From assembly GCF_964204645.1 (NCBI RefSeq), contig NC_134031.1, forward strand, positions 1,798,001-1,862,000: a stretch of 64,000 bases of DNA. Direction: 5' to 3'. Shown here in pieces: positions 14,415-26,300 of the stretch (positions are counted from its first letter, which is position 1; every line of letters begins with the position of its first letter). The notes under the pieces are model-generated. The model made no database searches. It saw only the letters and a list, made by a program, of their open reading frames with translations, and was not told the origin of the DNA. The stretch comes from Tubulanus polymorphus (Eukaryota > Animalia > Nemertea). The translations under genes were made by a program, and so were the position numbers.

Positions 14415-14600
14415 GTACGGAACAAAACTAATGTCTTTACAGCTCTCCGTCGCCGGTCACATGCCGAGAACACCAGACAATGAGCCAGCCAGGAATATAC
14501 TGCCCTCTACACGCCCTCACACAGAACGCGAAAACCAGGATGACAACGCCTCACATTCCCCATCTAACTGCAGGATGTACTGGGCGACGTCAGTAACTGA
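14415..14600 (+). mobile_element. Degenerate non-LTR retrotransposon (LINE, RTE/L2-like) ORF2 C-terminal fragment
   Basis: Translates as QLSVAGHMPRTPDNEPARNI then, frameshifted, ALYTPSHRTRKPG, matching the typical 'QLrFAGH..RM....P....LY.P.HG.R.PGRP' LINE tail. Confidence 0.65.
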
Positions 14601-14929
14601 CACACCTGTAAAATTGCACGAAACACAAATAGCTCAGTACAACCAGCTTGACCGGGTTGAGATTCAGGATCTCAACTAGCACCCAAAAGCGTGACAAGAG
14701 ACTTCATCCACTGACCGAGGTTGTCACAAGGACACAATGAAACTAGCACTCACAAGCCGACGAGAGACTTCATCCACTGACCGAGGTTGTCACAAGGACA
14801 CAATGAAAACTAGCACTCAAACTAGAAATCAAAGAGCGTGACAGTAGAATCATCCCTCAGCCGACTCAGAATACCAGAAACAAAGAGCGTGACAGTAGAA
14901 TCATCCCTCATCCGGGCGGTCACAAGGAC

Positions 14930-15190
14930 ACAATGAATGCTAGTAGCGTGACAAACCAGTATAACCACTCCATTTGTATCCCGCGCAATCCCACAGATAT
15001 GCCCGTCATTGACATCACTCAGCACACTTTGTAGATAGGTGGGGGCAGTGAGGCCTCGTCATCCTGGTTTTCGTGTTCCGTATGAGGGCGTGTAGAGGGC
15101 AGAATTTCCTGACCGACTCTTTGTCTGACATCCTCGACACGTGACCGGCGAAGGAGAGCTGACGCTTTCGGACATTAGTTTTGTTCCAGC
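14930..15190 (-). mobile_element. Second LINE ORF2 C-terminal fragment, inverted relative to the first
   Basis: VRKRQLSFAGHVSRMSDKESVRKF / ALYTPSYGTRKPG in adjacent frames. The nucleotide sequence is reverse-complementary to 14420-14573. Confidence 0.7.
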
Positions 15191-16736
15191 AAACGTTGAA
15201 ATTCGACAGAGAAATCGGCCCTGAAAAATAAAACGGGTTAGAACCTGCAAAAAAGAACGGATTAATAAACACGGAACAGTACAGGACAGCACAGAGACAA
15301 ACAGTAACACATAAAACATAAAGACGTCGTTCCTCAGGAAGCAGGAACAGGAGCAGGAGCGGGAGCGCAGCGAAAATCGCCAGGAGAATCCACGGTAGCA
15401 TGTTCACAGTGTGAGTGTGCAGAGGTGAATGGCCTATGCTGGTGTACACCGTGGTCAGCCGGTCACGTATTCAATAGCGCGTATAAATGATATCAACAAC
15501 TCTGAGTAGCCGCAATTGTGTCTCCATTGTTGAATGGATTTAAATTGATAGCTTATAGAAGGTTCCACTGTCGGATTGAATACGCGCCAGTAGCCAGCGG
15601 AACAATATCGTGGAACTTTGATATAAGGCCATAAAATAAATTTCTTTGGAGACAGCTCCCCTCCGAATTTAGCTGCCGCGCCTGGTTTTTTCTGAAATTT
15701 TAGAATAATTCGTAAACTACTGACCGATTAAGCTCTTCAGTTAAAAATTCACACCAACAAAATTTTACACATTCAAGTCATCTATATTTTTTCTGCAAAT
15801 CATCGCGTAACACTTGGAAGAACCATCAGCTGATGCCGTATGAACATCGGCAGACTCTAGCGAGTCGAGTAGCGACTAAGTTTATTGATTATTCCAGCTG
15901 TTCACGAGTCTTCATATCATAGAGCTTTTGGAATATTTCGTTTCATATAAAAAAAAATATTACACAGTCTCCCTCTTCAGTGATAATTTTTTTTCACAAA
16001 TTCTGATGAGAATCAAGTATTTTGCTGCTCTATGAAAAATCTCCATAAGTCACCAAAGTTACGTTATCAGTTGTGATGTTGATGCTGTCGACGATCGTGG
16101 AAGAACTCCGTATAGTGGTCGTCAGTAGTAACCTGTCTGTGGTTTACATTTCGATTTATCGATATGATGCTCCGTTTTCCGTTACCCTCACCCAAAGAAG
16201 TTCGATAGAATTCGAAAAGCTCTAAGAAAAAGAATCAAAAAACAAATTTCACATATCTTAAGAAAATAATTTATTTTAATAATTCACAGTAACCCAATAG
16301 ATGGCAAAGTGATATTGCAGCAAATGTTAAAATGTAGGGGTAAACCTTTAGTTCAATTACTTGTTATTTTCTGTCGGAAAATCAAAACATTTTCTAAAAC
16401 CTCTACTGGACCTTCTCTCATACTGACCTACGAACACTAAATTCAACAGTAAATCATCATACAATTCTCTTTAACAATAGTTATTTTTTCTAAATTTTTT
16501 AAATCGAACACAGAAAGCAGAAAAAATGAGGTAAAATTTCAGTAGAGTTTTATCGCTAGTTGAATACCTAGCATGTAGGAAAAGTCATTGATGTACTAAG
16601 TGTGCAAAATAATGCTCATAAAATCTATACGGATATTTAGCATTAACGGCTCCACAATAATTAAGTTAAAATATTTCGTTGTATTAATGAGGATGAGAGA
16701 TATCATTTTTACTTTCTACGTATCGGATTGTGTTGT

Positions 16737-19700
16737 TCATGAATTCATGGTCGGTATTTGTATGGATTTAGCGATTAACGATGCCAACGCCTCGTCCACG
16801 TTTCCGCGAGTACGTGTTAATTCAGCTACACATTGTTCGCGGGTAAATCCGTTAGCGACCAGTTTCTGAATGTCTTTTTCCGGGAACTGAGCTCCTGCTG
16901 CTGCTGCTGATGAGGATGATGTGTTGTGGTGAGATGAAACGCCTGCAATAAAAAGAGATTAAGATACGGATTAATTATCGACATTTTATGCAAGAAACGA
17001 CATTAAGACAAACTCCGCGTAATGTTTCAGTAATCGGTGGCGTATAAACTCCGACAATCTGCTCTTTGTACCCTGAAGCCCCCTTCGAGAGAATCGAGTC
17101 ATTAATTCCTCGTGGATTGTCTGATATTCACACTAACCTGCTGTTGATGGTTGTTGTTCCTGAGCTGATTTCGCTAAAGCCTGAGCCAATGCGTGATCGT
17201 CCTGTTCTAGATCTGATTCGGGACGCCGGTTTAATTTCGCGTGATCGGGTACCTCGGATTCGGTGAGGAACGGCGTTTCAGTTTGAGTCGTACCGATCAC
17301 CAGTTTATTATTCTTCAGATCGATGCTACACTGAAATTATCAATCAATAACCATTTCTCTAAATGTAGCAAGATGCGATCGAAAGGTGATACGTGATAAA
17401 GTACACACAAAATACACGATTTGAAAACCTTCTTCTAACAACCTCACTACCCCCGATAATGACTACTAGGATATAGGCAAAAAGTTTAACCCTTTCAGTG
17501 CGTCTACACCGCAGTGCGGTGTATAAATCAGTGATGGATTTTGCTAGTACACCGCACAGCGGTGTATTGATGTAATTAGTAATTTGTAATTATCTCTATT
17601 GAAAAATGGCAGCAAGAGTCAAACATAGTGAAATATTAGTAACTAACGATACACCGCACTGCGGTGTAGACGCACTATAGTGGTATTCCCATTGTTCAAC
17701 ACACTAGGGTGGAATTTTTTAGAATTTTCAAATTTTCTCCAGCACTATAGGGTATTAATTAGTCAGCACTGAAAGGGTTAAAAGAAATATTGTGAACTTT
17801 ATTTTTCATTTTGTAGTGCAGGATTTTCTATACAACCTTCCGAGTGCGTATTGTCAACACAGTAAGAAATGCCTAATTCTACAACACGCCATCCTTCTGA
17901 TGGATGCAAACATATCGGTATTTTCTGATCGTACAAAATTACGAGGATATTATACATACCTGATGTCGTTTTAACATGTCGAGACCTAGAAGCATATCCA
18001 TCGGTTGATCTTCTAATATCGAAAACGACGATGGTAAAAAGACATCGCCGATTTGTATTTGACCTAAAAGATTATATGAACTATGAATGAAATTATGAAA
18101 ACGATTTAAAACAGGGCGGCCACTTTTATTCTATTTGCTGTTTCCCCGATATGCACGTTGTTCTCAGTGACTTGATCTACTAAACACGTAAGACATAGAT
18201 GGAACCTGTTTGGTTTTACGCACGATCTTACTATCTCAACAAATTTTGCAGTCTTTTTCCTGATTTTAGCTTTTGTTGTAAAATTCCCTGACATTTTTAG
18301 AGAAAAGAAATTTCCCTGACTTTTCCCTGAATTCCAGGTACGGTAAGTGACCACCCTGTTTACCGGTAATTTCTACGTTGGTAGTTTTTTGCTGAAAATA
18401 AACATTTTATAAGCACCGGTTACTGATTTAATAGTCTTCCATAATCCAGTCAAATCCTTGAAGAATATTGTCGATGGTGAAGATGATGTGAGAATACATC
18501 AATCTACCAATCAATATTGTCGATACTGTAAGGAATATAGGTTACGTACCTAAATGTACTCGGCCGATAATTTTTTGTGTTCCGACACCTTTAGCGATTC
18601 CGGCCCATCGCGTATCTACCAGTCGATTTATATGACATCGTTCAGCGCACGCTTGACTCATTATCGTCATTTGAGCTCCTGAAATATCATCATCGATAAT
18701 ATCAATACACAGCCAGGAAACACCTCCTTCAGATTATCTCTATTGAATAAGAAGTCTTGATGACCACTTTTTAAAAGTGTGCTGATAAAATGTATAATTT
18801 CTGGTGTTTATAGTTCATTTTTTAACCCTTTCAGTGCTGACTAATCAATACCCTATAGTGCTGGAGATAATTTTAAGATTTTTAAAGATTCAACCCTAGT
18901 GTGTTGAATAACAGGAATACCACTATAGTGCGTCTGCACCGCGGCGCGGTGTATCGTTAGTTACTAGTATTTCACTATGTTTGACAGGTGCTGCCATTTT
19001 TCAAGAGAGATAATTACTAATTACATCAATACACCGCATTGCAAGTGTACTACAAAAATCTATCACTGCTATATACACCGCAATGCGGCGTAGACGCACT
19101 GAAAGGGTTAATCAAAAATGTCGCTGGTGTAGTACTGAACACGCGTGAAGTGTGGATTATCAGTTTTTAAAGGTTTGCCAATTAAATGTCATATATCTGG
19201 CGTTTGTAGTTCATTTCTAATTAAAAGCATGTTGGGCGAGGTCCTGAAACGGTTGAATGTTTGAGGGAGTGCCGGGTTTCACAAACCTGAATCAACAAAT
19301 GCTTTCACTGGATAACCATTGACGATGCAGTTTATATATAACATGATCACTTGTCCAAAACTTTCAGGAGCGTATTCCATCGCGGTCTCCATGTTCGATT
19401 CAACATTTTTTAATCTGAAGCAAAAAGAAATTTGAGAATTAATAGTACATGATTTGGTATTCTTATTCAATTTATTCAACTGATTCAGAAATCTAGTGTT
19501 CTTACAGATCACGGATTACAAATTTCCCTTATTTTCCCCAACCTTTGACCAAAAATTTCCCAGCTTAGATAAGATATCCTCAAATAGGAGCTGTTTTTTC
19601 TCATTCGAGAGGTTCATTGTGACACTCATCACCAGCAAGAACAACAAGACACCAAAAATTCAAAATCCCTGATCAAAATATAAGATATCCTCAATAGGGG

Positions 19701-21571
19701 CCGTTTCCTATCAAGAGGCTCCTTGTGAAACTCAACCAACAAGACATCAACAATTCCTCCCTGACTTTAGCCAGATTTTCAAGTAAATGGTCAGAATTTC
19801 CTGATTTTTTCAGATCTGTAAGACTTCGAGAAATCTCTCTAATTTTTACCTGATTTCTTCTGCAATTTTTTTCTGTGCTTCCGGATCGAATGGATCAGCG
19901 TTAATCATCGCGATTCTTTCTCGTTCTTTCTCCGCTAATTCGGCTCTTTGTCTTTTAAAAACCTCAGCAAACTTTTCTAAAAATAAATCAATGAAACATT
20001 ATTACATACCGCTGAAATCTTGTTTCTTGATACTCAAACTAGAGGTCCACGGGCCTTGTGAAGTGTAAGCGTCAGGTAAAGTACTTTGCATAGGCAAGGC
20101 ATTTTAATATGACCTGGAGCACGGATTCAGCAGCCCCTCAAGAATTCAGCAAAATTCATCAAATTAAAAAAAAAGATTCTTTAGACCTATAGTCCTTCAT
20201 ATTTTCATCAGCAGTTTGTGCCCAGCTTGACTTACAATCAAGTAAGGCTAAAAAAATTGATACCTTGTTTCTCCGCTCTGCTGAGCTTAAATGTTGACCC
20301 GGCTGGCCGCCTATCTACCCTATACATTACTTTTTTTTAAATCGTGATCAATTTTACCATAACAGACCCGGCCGCTATAGAAATGAACTGTTTATAGATT
20401 TTATCATATTTTACTAAAATGACCCGGCCGCTGCGGAGAAACAAGGTATCATTTTTGTTTAGCCTAACTTTGTTGGCTTTTCAATATTGTGATTTACAAA
20501 AACCTAAGTTTTTCATTTCTTGTATCAAATCATTCGCAATATCCACTCCGTTTTTATCTTTTCGGCAGTCCTTAAAATCAACTTTAACTTAAACCCACTA
20601 ATTTGAGTAACTGACCCGAAAGGTGTTTGATACATACCTAAACTTCCGCTGTGTAAAGCATCAGATAGTTCAACGTTGCGTTCTTTAAGTAAAGCTAAAT
20701 CCCGTGGAGAGGCTAAAAACATTTCTCTTACAGTCGCCGGATCATCGGATTGAGGAGGCGGAGCTGGTCTTGATTGACGCGTTGTTCCTGAACTCGTAGA
20801 AGCCCCTGGTATTTGAATGTTACTGAAGTCGATCATTCCAGCGCCTGAAAATAGTTCAAACAGTTCGAACAAATATTACAATCAATAGATTTTCACTTAA
20901 GACCGGTTTCGATCGAACTTATTCTGGTTTAGGAATCAGCCTAGTATCCAAGCACAAAGACGGGTGTTAAGTGGGCCCCACCCAAAATTTTTTTTTAAAA
21001 TTGGAGGCTTATGGAGACGTTTTCCAGGCTCTAAATGAATAATTTAGAGTTAAAAGACTAATCAAATTGGTATGAAAAATATTGAACACTGATTACATAG
21101 TAACTTGAGAAGTTAGCTCAAAAAGGGGGTGCGTCCGCTACTCCCGCACCCCCTGGGGACGCCTATGATTAGCCTATTCCAAAATAGGTGGATAGCAATC
21201 TGATTGAAACGAGTGCACCAGCCAACGAAAATTCCAGAATCGGTACACAGACAATTGAAAGTTCAGCAGTACTTACCAACAGCAGGTCGGTTTCTGAGCC
21301 CACCACCGCCGCCTGACTGTAAACCAGTCATCTGTGGAGGAGGCCCTCCTCTCATTTGTTGAATCAGTATCATTTCTCCTTCGGTTATACCGAAATGTTC
21401 GAACGATTTTGAATCGTCGAGAAGAGGTCGACCGTTCCAGAACAACCCGATCTCTAAAATTGGAATACCGGTTTCCATTTCACAAAGCACTTTAAAATTC
21501 ATCAGTTCCATATCGGGAGATACGTCCAGACTGAACACTCTATCATCAGTTGTAGCCACAGTTATCTTCAT
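16737..21571 (-). CDS. DDI1: DNA damage-inducible protein 1/2 homolog (UBL, helical domain, retroviral-like aspartic protease, UBA); 8 exons
   Basis: Phase-consistent GT-AG exons 21277-21571, 20638-20844, 19850-19976, 19287-19414, 18550-18678, 17960-18063, 17138-17330, 16737-16942. UBL MKITVAT...FSLDVS; RVP '[42 protein letters not shown]', '[18 protein letters not shown]'; C-terminal UBA-like '[37 protein letters not shown]'. Confidence 0.97.
17490..17777. mobile_element. Non-autonomous piggyBac-type MITE, copy 1 (DDI intron 6)
   Basis: TTAA|CCCTTTCAGTGC ... GCACTGAAAGGG|TTAA; internal ACACCGCA(G/C)TGCGGTGT palindromes. Confidence 0.9.
18110..18358. repeat. Dispersed intronic repeat family (also ~25211-25442 and inverted ~36807-37030)
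   Basis: Shared core 'aagacatagatggaa.c.gtttg.tttta.gcac.atctt' and TTCCCTGA motifs; CAGGG...CCCTG-like ends. Confidence 0.7.
18826..19107. mobile_element. Non-autonomous piggyBac-type MITE, copy 2, opposite orientation (DDI intron 4)
   Basis: TTAA target duplication and the same TIRs; body is the reverse complement of 17490-17777. Confidence 0.9.
19499..19824. repeat. Dispersed repeat (second copy ~22511-22780)
   Basis: Shared 'ttcttacagatca', 'gaggttcattgt', 'atcaccagcaaga', 'caaaaattcaaa', 'ggtcagaatttcct'. Confidence 0.65.
20246..20464. mobile_element. PIF/Harbinger (Tourist-like) MITE; partial copy at ~5161-5305
   Basis: TAA|GGCTAAAAAAATTGATACCTTGTTTCTCCGC ... GCGGAGAAACAAGGTATCATTTTTGTTTAGCC|TAA. 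Confidence 0.8.
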
Positions 21572-21652
21572 TTTCACGTTGATAAATGTTTGTAAAAGTT
21601 CTTAAGAAAAAAAGGAGGAAATTTTAAGTTTTTCAGAACGAATCGTAAATTC

Positions 21653-21665
21653 TTACTTCCGGGTT
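21653..21665 (-). promoter_or_regulatory. ETS-type site (CCGGAAGT) just upstream of the DDI start codon
   Basis: TTACTTCCGGGTT about 85 bp upstream of the ATG; an identical 13-mer lies upstream of the PLEKHM1-like ATG. Confidence 0.5.
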
Positions 21666-23331
21666 TTGTTGGTTAAGGTTTAATCGTAATCGCCAGATTT
21701 AAATTCAACAATACAAATCCAACTATATTTGACAAATAGTGCGTGATAACGTTGAGTTCAAGTCCGCACACTATATATACGTAAAATGTATTTTTGGTAA
21801 ATCCACTAATATCCGTACCTTCGCCCGATTAAACGATTCATCCTAAAGTTGTCATGTACATAGCATTCAGCCACGGCCTTAGCACATATTACGAAAATGG
21901 GTCCAATGACTTGATACCCCAGGAGTGACCTATCAATTTTGTCTGGTCCATGAGCCTTCAGCGTATTTATTTTTTAATAACACAGGATTCCATGCATTTA
22001 AGCTACTTCAGTCAAATTCACTTAGATGAGCCTGGATCTTTAGATGTGCCATTGACTACTAATTCATTTCCTCATTTTCTTTCCACACTTTCCACGCAAC
22101 AGAACGACTGAAATTTTGGTTCAATAGAAATTTTATTCGATCAAAGCTCATGAGACTAATTTTCCAGTATAAAATGTGTATGATACGAAAATTTGAATGG
22201 AATGTGTTTATAATAATAAAAAAAGTAAAACATTATACGATTTGGTTAAAAATCAGATAGATCGATAAGTTATAGATATAATCAGCAGAGAGGTCCGGCC
22301 TCCTAAGTACCGTATTGGTTTTTCAATTCATATGATTTCTATTATGCAGCCATAATGCATATTTGAAAAGGGACCTTGTGAATAATTCAAATACAATATT
22401 TCTTTCTTCTGAATGAAACTGGAAGAGATTACTATATAAAGAGCAAGAGCATGTTCTAAAATCGATGAACAAAACATTTAAGGACAATTCATATTATTTT
22501 TATATGATAGGTTCTTACAGATCAGCAAATCTAGAATTCCCCGATATACCAGATTTCCCTGACCCTTCACCAAAAATTCCCTGATACAATTTTAAGATAT
22601 AATCAATGGAGCCGTTTCTTATCAAGAGGTTCATTGTTCCACTAATCACCAGCAAGACCAAGACCCCAAAAATTCAAATACTTTTCGATGATTTTCGAGA
22701 AAACGGTCAGAATTTCCTAATTTTTCCAGCAGAGAAAAATAGATCCGGAATTCCCGGATTCTTTTATGATCTTTAAGAACTCTGACGTGAAGAGCAGATT
22801 AATAGAGATTATTTCTATAATCATCCGACCAGCAGATCATTTATAATATATATCACAAGTTTTTACAGCATTTTTAATGCTACACCGACGAAAAAGAGAA
22901 AAAATAAAAGTTATTTTTCAAACGTTGTCACTTTGCAACAAAAAACACTAAGACTACAACATAAATATAGAGATGCCTACTGTACTTAATAGGAATTACA
23001 TTGATAAGGATACATTACAACCTACAGATAATGGAGATTTTTAACTGATAAATTTGATTATATATTATTTAATGAATAATTCTTAATGCTTAATCTATCT
23101 ACGGCCCTTTTCAAGACGCAGTATTAACTTGGCGGTCGAAGATTTCTGCTGTTGCAGAGATGGAAGAATTGGAGGAAGATACTTCAAAACGTGACAATCA
23201 ATGGAGGAAGTAGATAATTCTTCTTCCAAACGAGGACAATTGAAAAGGGCCTATTGGGGGAGGGGGGTGGTTACTGTTTAGAGTGTTTCTATACTGCGTA
23301 GTATAGCACCGAATCAACGCGCAACAATCAT

Positions 23332-26300
23332 CTATCTCTTAGCACCGACTGCTTTTCCTTTCGGTTGTCCAGTGATGGCTTTACCTCGACCGCGACTCGT
23401 CACTTTCCCTGAAACGAATAAAGACGAGACACCGAATTATAGCTTTCAATCGATTCCGAACTCGTTCATCCTTTTATTCTAAGGTAGCAAAATATTTATG
23501 ACGAACCTTTATCTTTTTGTTTTTCTAACGCGAGCAGACGACGAGGGTTCTGTTTACAGCCGTACGAACCCATTAAATGTTCCTTCCAACCTTCTTCGCC
23601 CGGTGGAATATTGTTATGACACAACGGACAGTGTTGTTCGTTCTTTTTCGCAGCTACAATAGAAAACAAACGGTTATCGGTTTTCATACTTAAAGTGACA
23701 AATCTATCTTCATATTCAGAGAAAAATATTATTTCAAAGTTTCACTTCAATCCAAACCAAGAACCTTTTCAAAGATACATTGAGTAAGTAAACCTTGAAT
23801 CATTTCTACATTTGCTTTTGGTAATAAATCAGGTTTGAAAATGGCTCAATGCAGTTCAGTCGAAACATTACAATAGTTTTAAGAGTTTTCCTGTGACTGA
23901 GACACAGTCTGGTTTCATACTTACGGACGCAAAGTTCCTCTTTAACGTGCTGTTCGTATTCAGGTTTCGGTATCGCCTCCGTGCACCGCGGACATTTCAC
24001 GTAATTATCCTTTGCATTACATTCCTCCAATAAATGTTCTGTCAAACCGGCGATTTCAACGACCTAAATTAAAATTTTTTTTGGCTATGAAAATTGATGC
24101 AACTTGAGAGTGATATCCCAGTCAATTAAATCAAAGCATCCAAATTTGCGTCAAGATATGGGATCAGAGACAGTTACCTGTTTACAGTTTGCGCAACGTT
24201 TCAACATCGGACAACTCTTCCAGTAGTGCATATCTAAGCCTTGTTTCTTCGAGAAAGATTCATCCTTTTCACCGCAGAAAATACAATTGCTGAAACATCA
24301 AAGACAAACGTGTAAGTTACTGTCACTGCTGGGCTGAAATAAGGCATTATTAATGTTTCAGCTATTGAAATTCACCTGTCAAAATCAACAGCTTCATCTT
24401 CAACTGCTTCAGATGCCGCTTTCTTATCGCCTTTCTTGTTATCAGTTCCCTGAAACAATAATAAATCACATTTTAGAATTGAATAAATCTGTCTTCATCT
24501 CATTCTCAAATACAGTCAACCCCCGATTAACTGTCCACCCATATATCGCCAGGTTTTCTCAATGTATATCTCTATACAAATACATAGTAAAACACTCCGA
24601 TATACCGCCATACTCTCTATACCGTCAAAATCATTCTGCACTGTGGGGGTATATAGGGGGTGGACTGTATTCAGATAACCGACGAAAGACCGCACAGAAC
24701 GTAAACAGGGAAACCAGTACCTTCTTTTGTTTCGTTGGTGCTTCCCGACGTGGTGAGTCTTCATGTGCAGCCTGTTTAGTGAATATGCCAAGCAAATTAA
24801 CATTTATTCTTATATAATTGTTAAGGGTTAGATTCTGAGGTATATGTAACCTACTAATTTTACTAAATGCTTTAATTCTATTATAAGCATAAACATAGAA
24901 ACTATGATTGTTTTCGATGACTTACATTTTTCCCTGATGTAACCTCTTTCAGTTGGGCTAGCTGATGCTGCAACGCTTCGATTTCTTTCTGTTTTCTCAA
25001 CTCTTCATCTTGTTTTTGCCTCTGCAAAAGGGTACAAATTAGATATCCAGACGGGACTATTTATGAAGTATGTCCACATTGATGGAGTGGAGGGATCTAA
25101 GATTGGCTACTCTTCACTCGACATATGTTATCAATGCTTGAATTGAATTTCAAGTTAATTGTGTTCAACAGCCCCTTAGTTGACTCTACTTCTAATAAAG
25201 TGATTGCAAACAGGGTGCAGGCCACTTTTAGTTGACTTTTCCCAGACTATTCCCTGACATGTATGTCGTTTTCCATGACTTGATCTGCTAAGAACCCAAT
25301 CAATTAACACAGTCAAATACGTAAGACATAGATGGAAACCGTTTGATTTTATGCACAATCTTGAGCAGTCTCAACATTTTTTTTCGCTGACTTTTTTCTA
25401 AAGAAAAGCAATTTCCCTGATTTCCAGGTAAGTGTCACCCTAGCAAAGACACTTGTCGTTCGGAATACTTTACCTTCAGGTCATCTTTAGAAGGTTTACC
25501 ATCTATTTTATCGAACGCTTCAAACAGTAATCGATAGAGCACATTTTTTCTGGTGCGATCGTCGTCAGGAGGAAGGTAATCTTTCACCGGTTCGCCGACC
25601 TCTTTATATAACGCCACTATGATACGTTCGGCTTCCTCTCGTACTTCACCAGCCGTGTGTTCAATAGCCTGCATACAATACTTCATCATGTTATCCAGTG
25701 TAAGTCCACTACTGCAAATATAACATATTAGACACTATCTACAGTGGGTGGATTTTGTCAGCTAACCATAAAACGATGAAAATATCGCGTTTTACACAGC
25801 AAACTTTCATATTATAGAAAGTTTTAATTTTGACAGATTAATATATTCATATTGCTAAGTGAATGATTCATTAGTGTTCCACAGGACGGATCCAAACTCA
25901 GAAAAGCGTTTGCAAACTTAACATTAAGTATTTGTCTTTGTTTTATGGTATTCTATGATATATTGCAAAACAAATAAATTCATAAGAAAGTACGACAAAG
26001 TTTTCTGGGGGAAAGACCAGACCACCCTCAAGTGATTTGAAACCTGTGGTTGGTGCATTGCCGCCAGTAGGTTTCGAGGATTACAAACAAAATTTCTAAT
26101 CTAAGCAGTACTCTAGCAGGTTGGATCGATCCCAGTATAGAAATAAACAGTCAGTTTAATGAAGAGAGAAATCTTACTCGTTAAGCGTTAGTTCTTTATA
26201 AAGTTGATGAATAACTTCTGTTCTGCTGAGAGCTAATCGCGGAGCTATCGTCAGTTTGAAAGGTTTTACGCATTCTGTTGGCACGACTTGAATCGGCTGA

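Noticed and set aside
18550-19414. Retroviral-type aspartic protease as an LTR retrotransposon
   Set aside because: It is the intron-split RVP domain of the host DDI gene; no gag, RT, integrase or LTRs.
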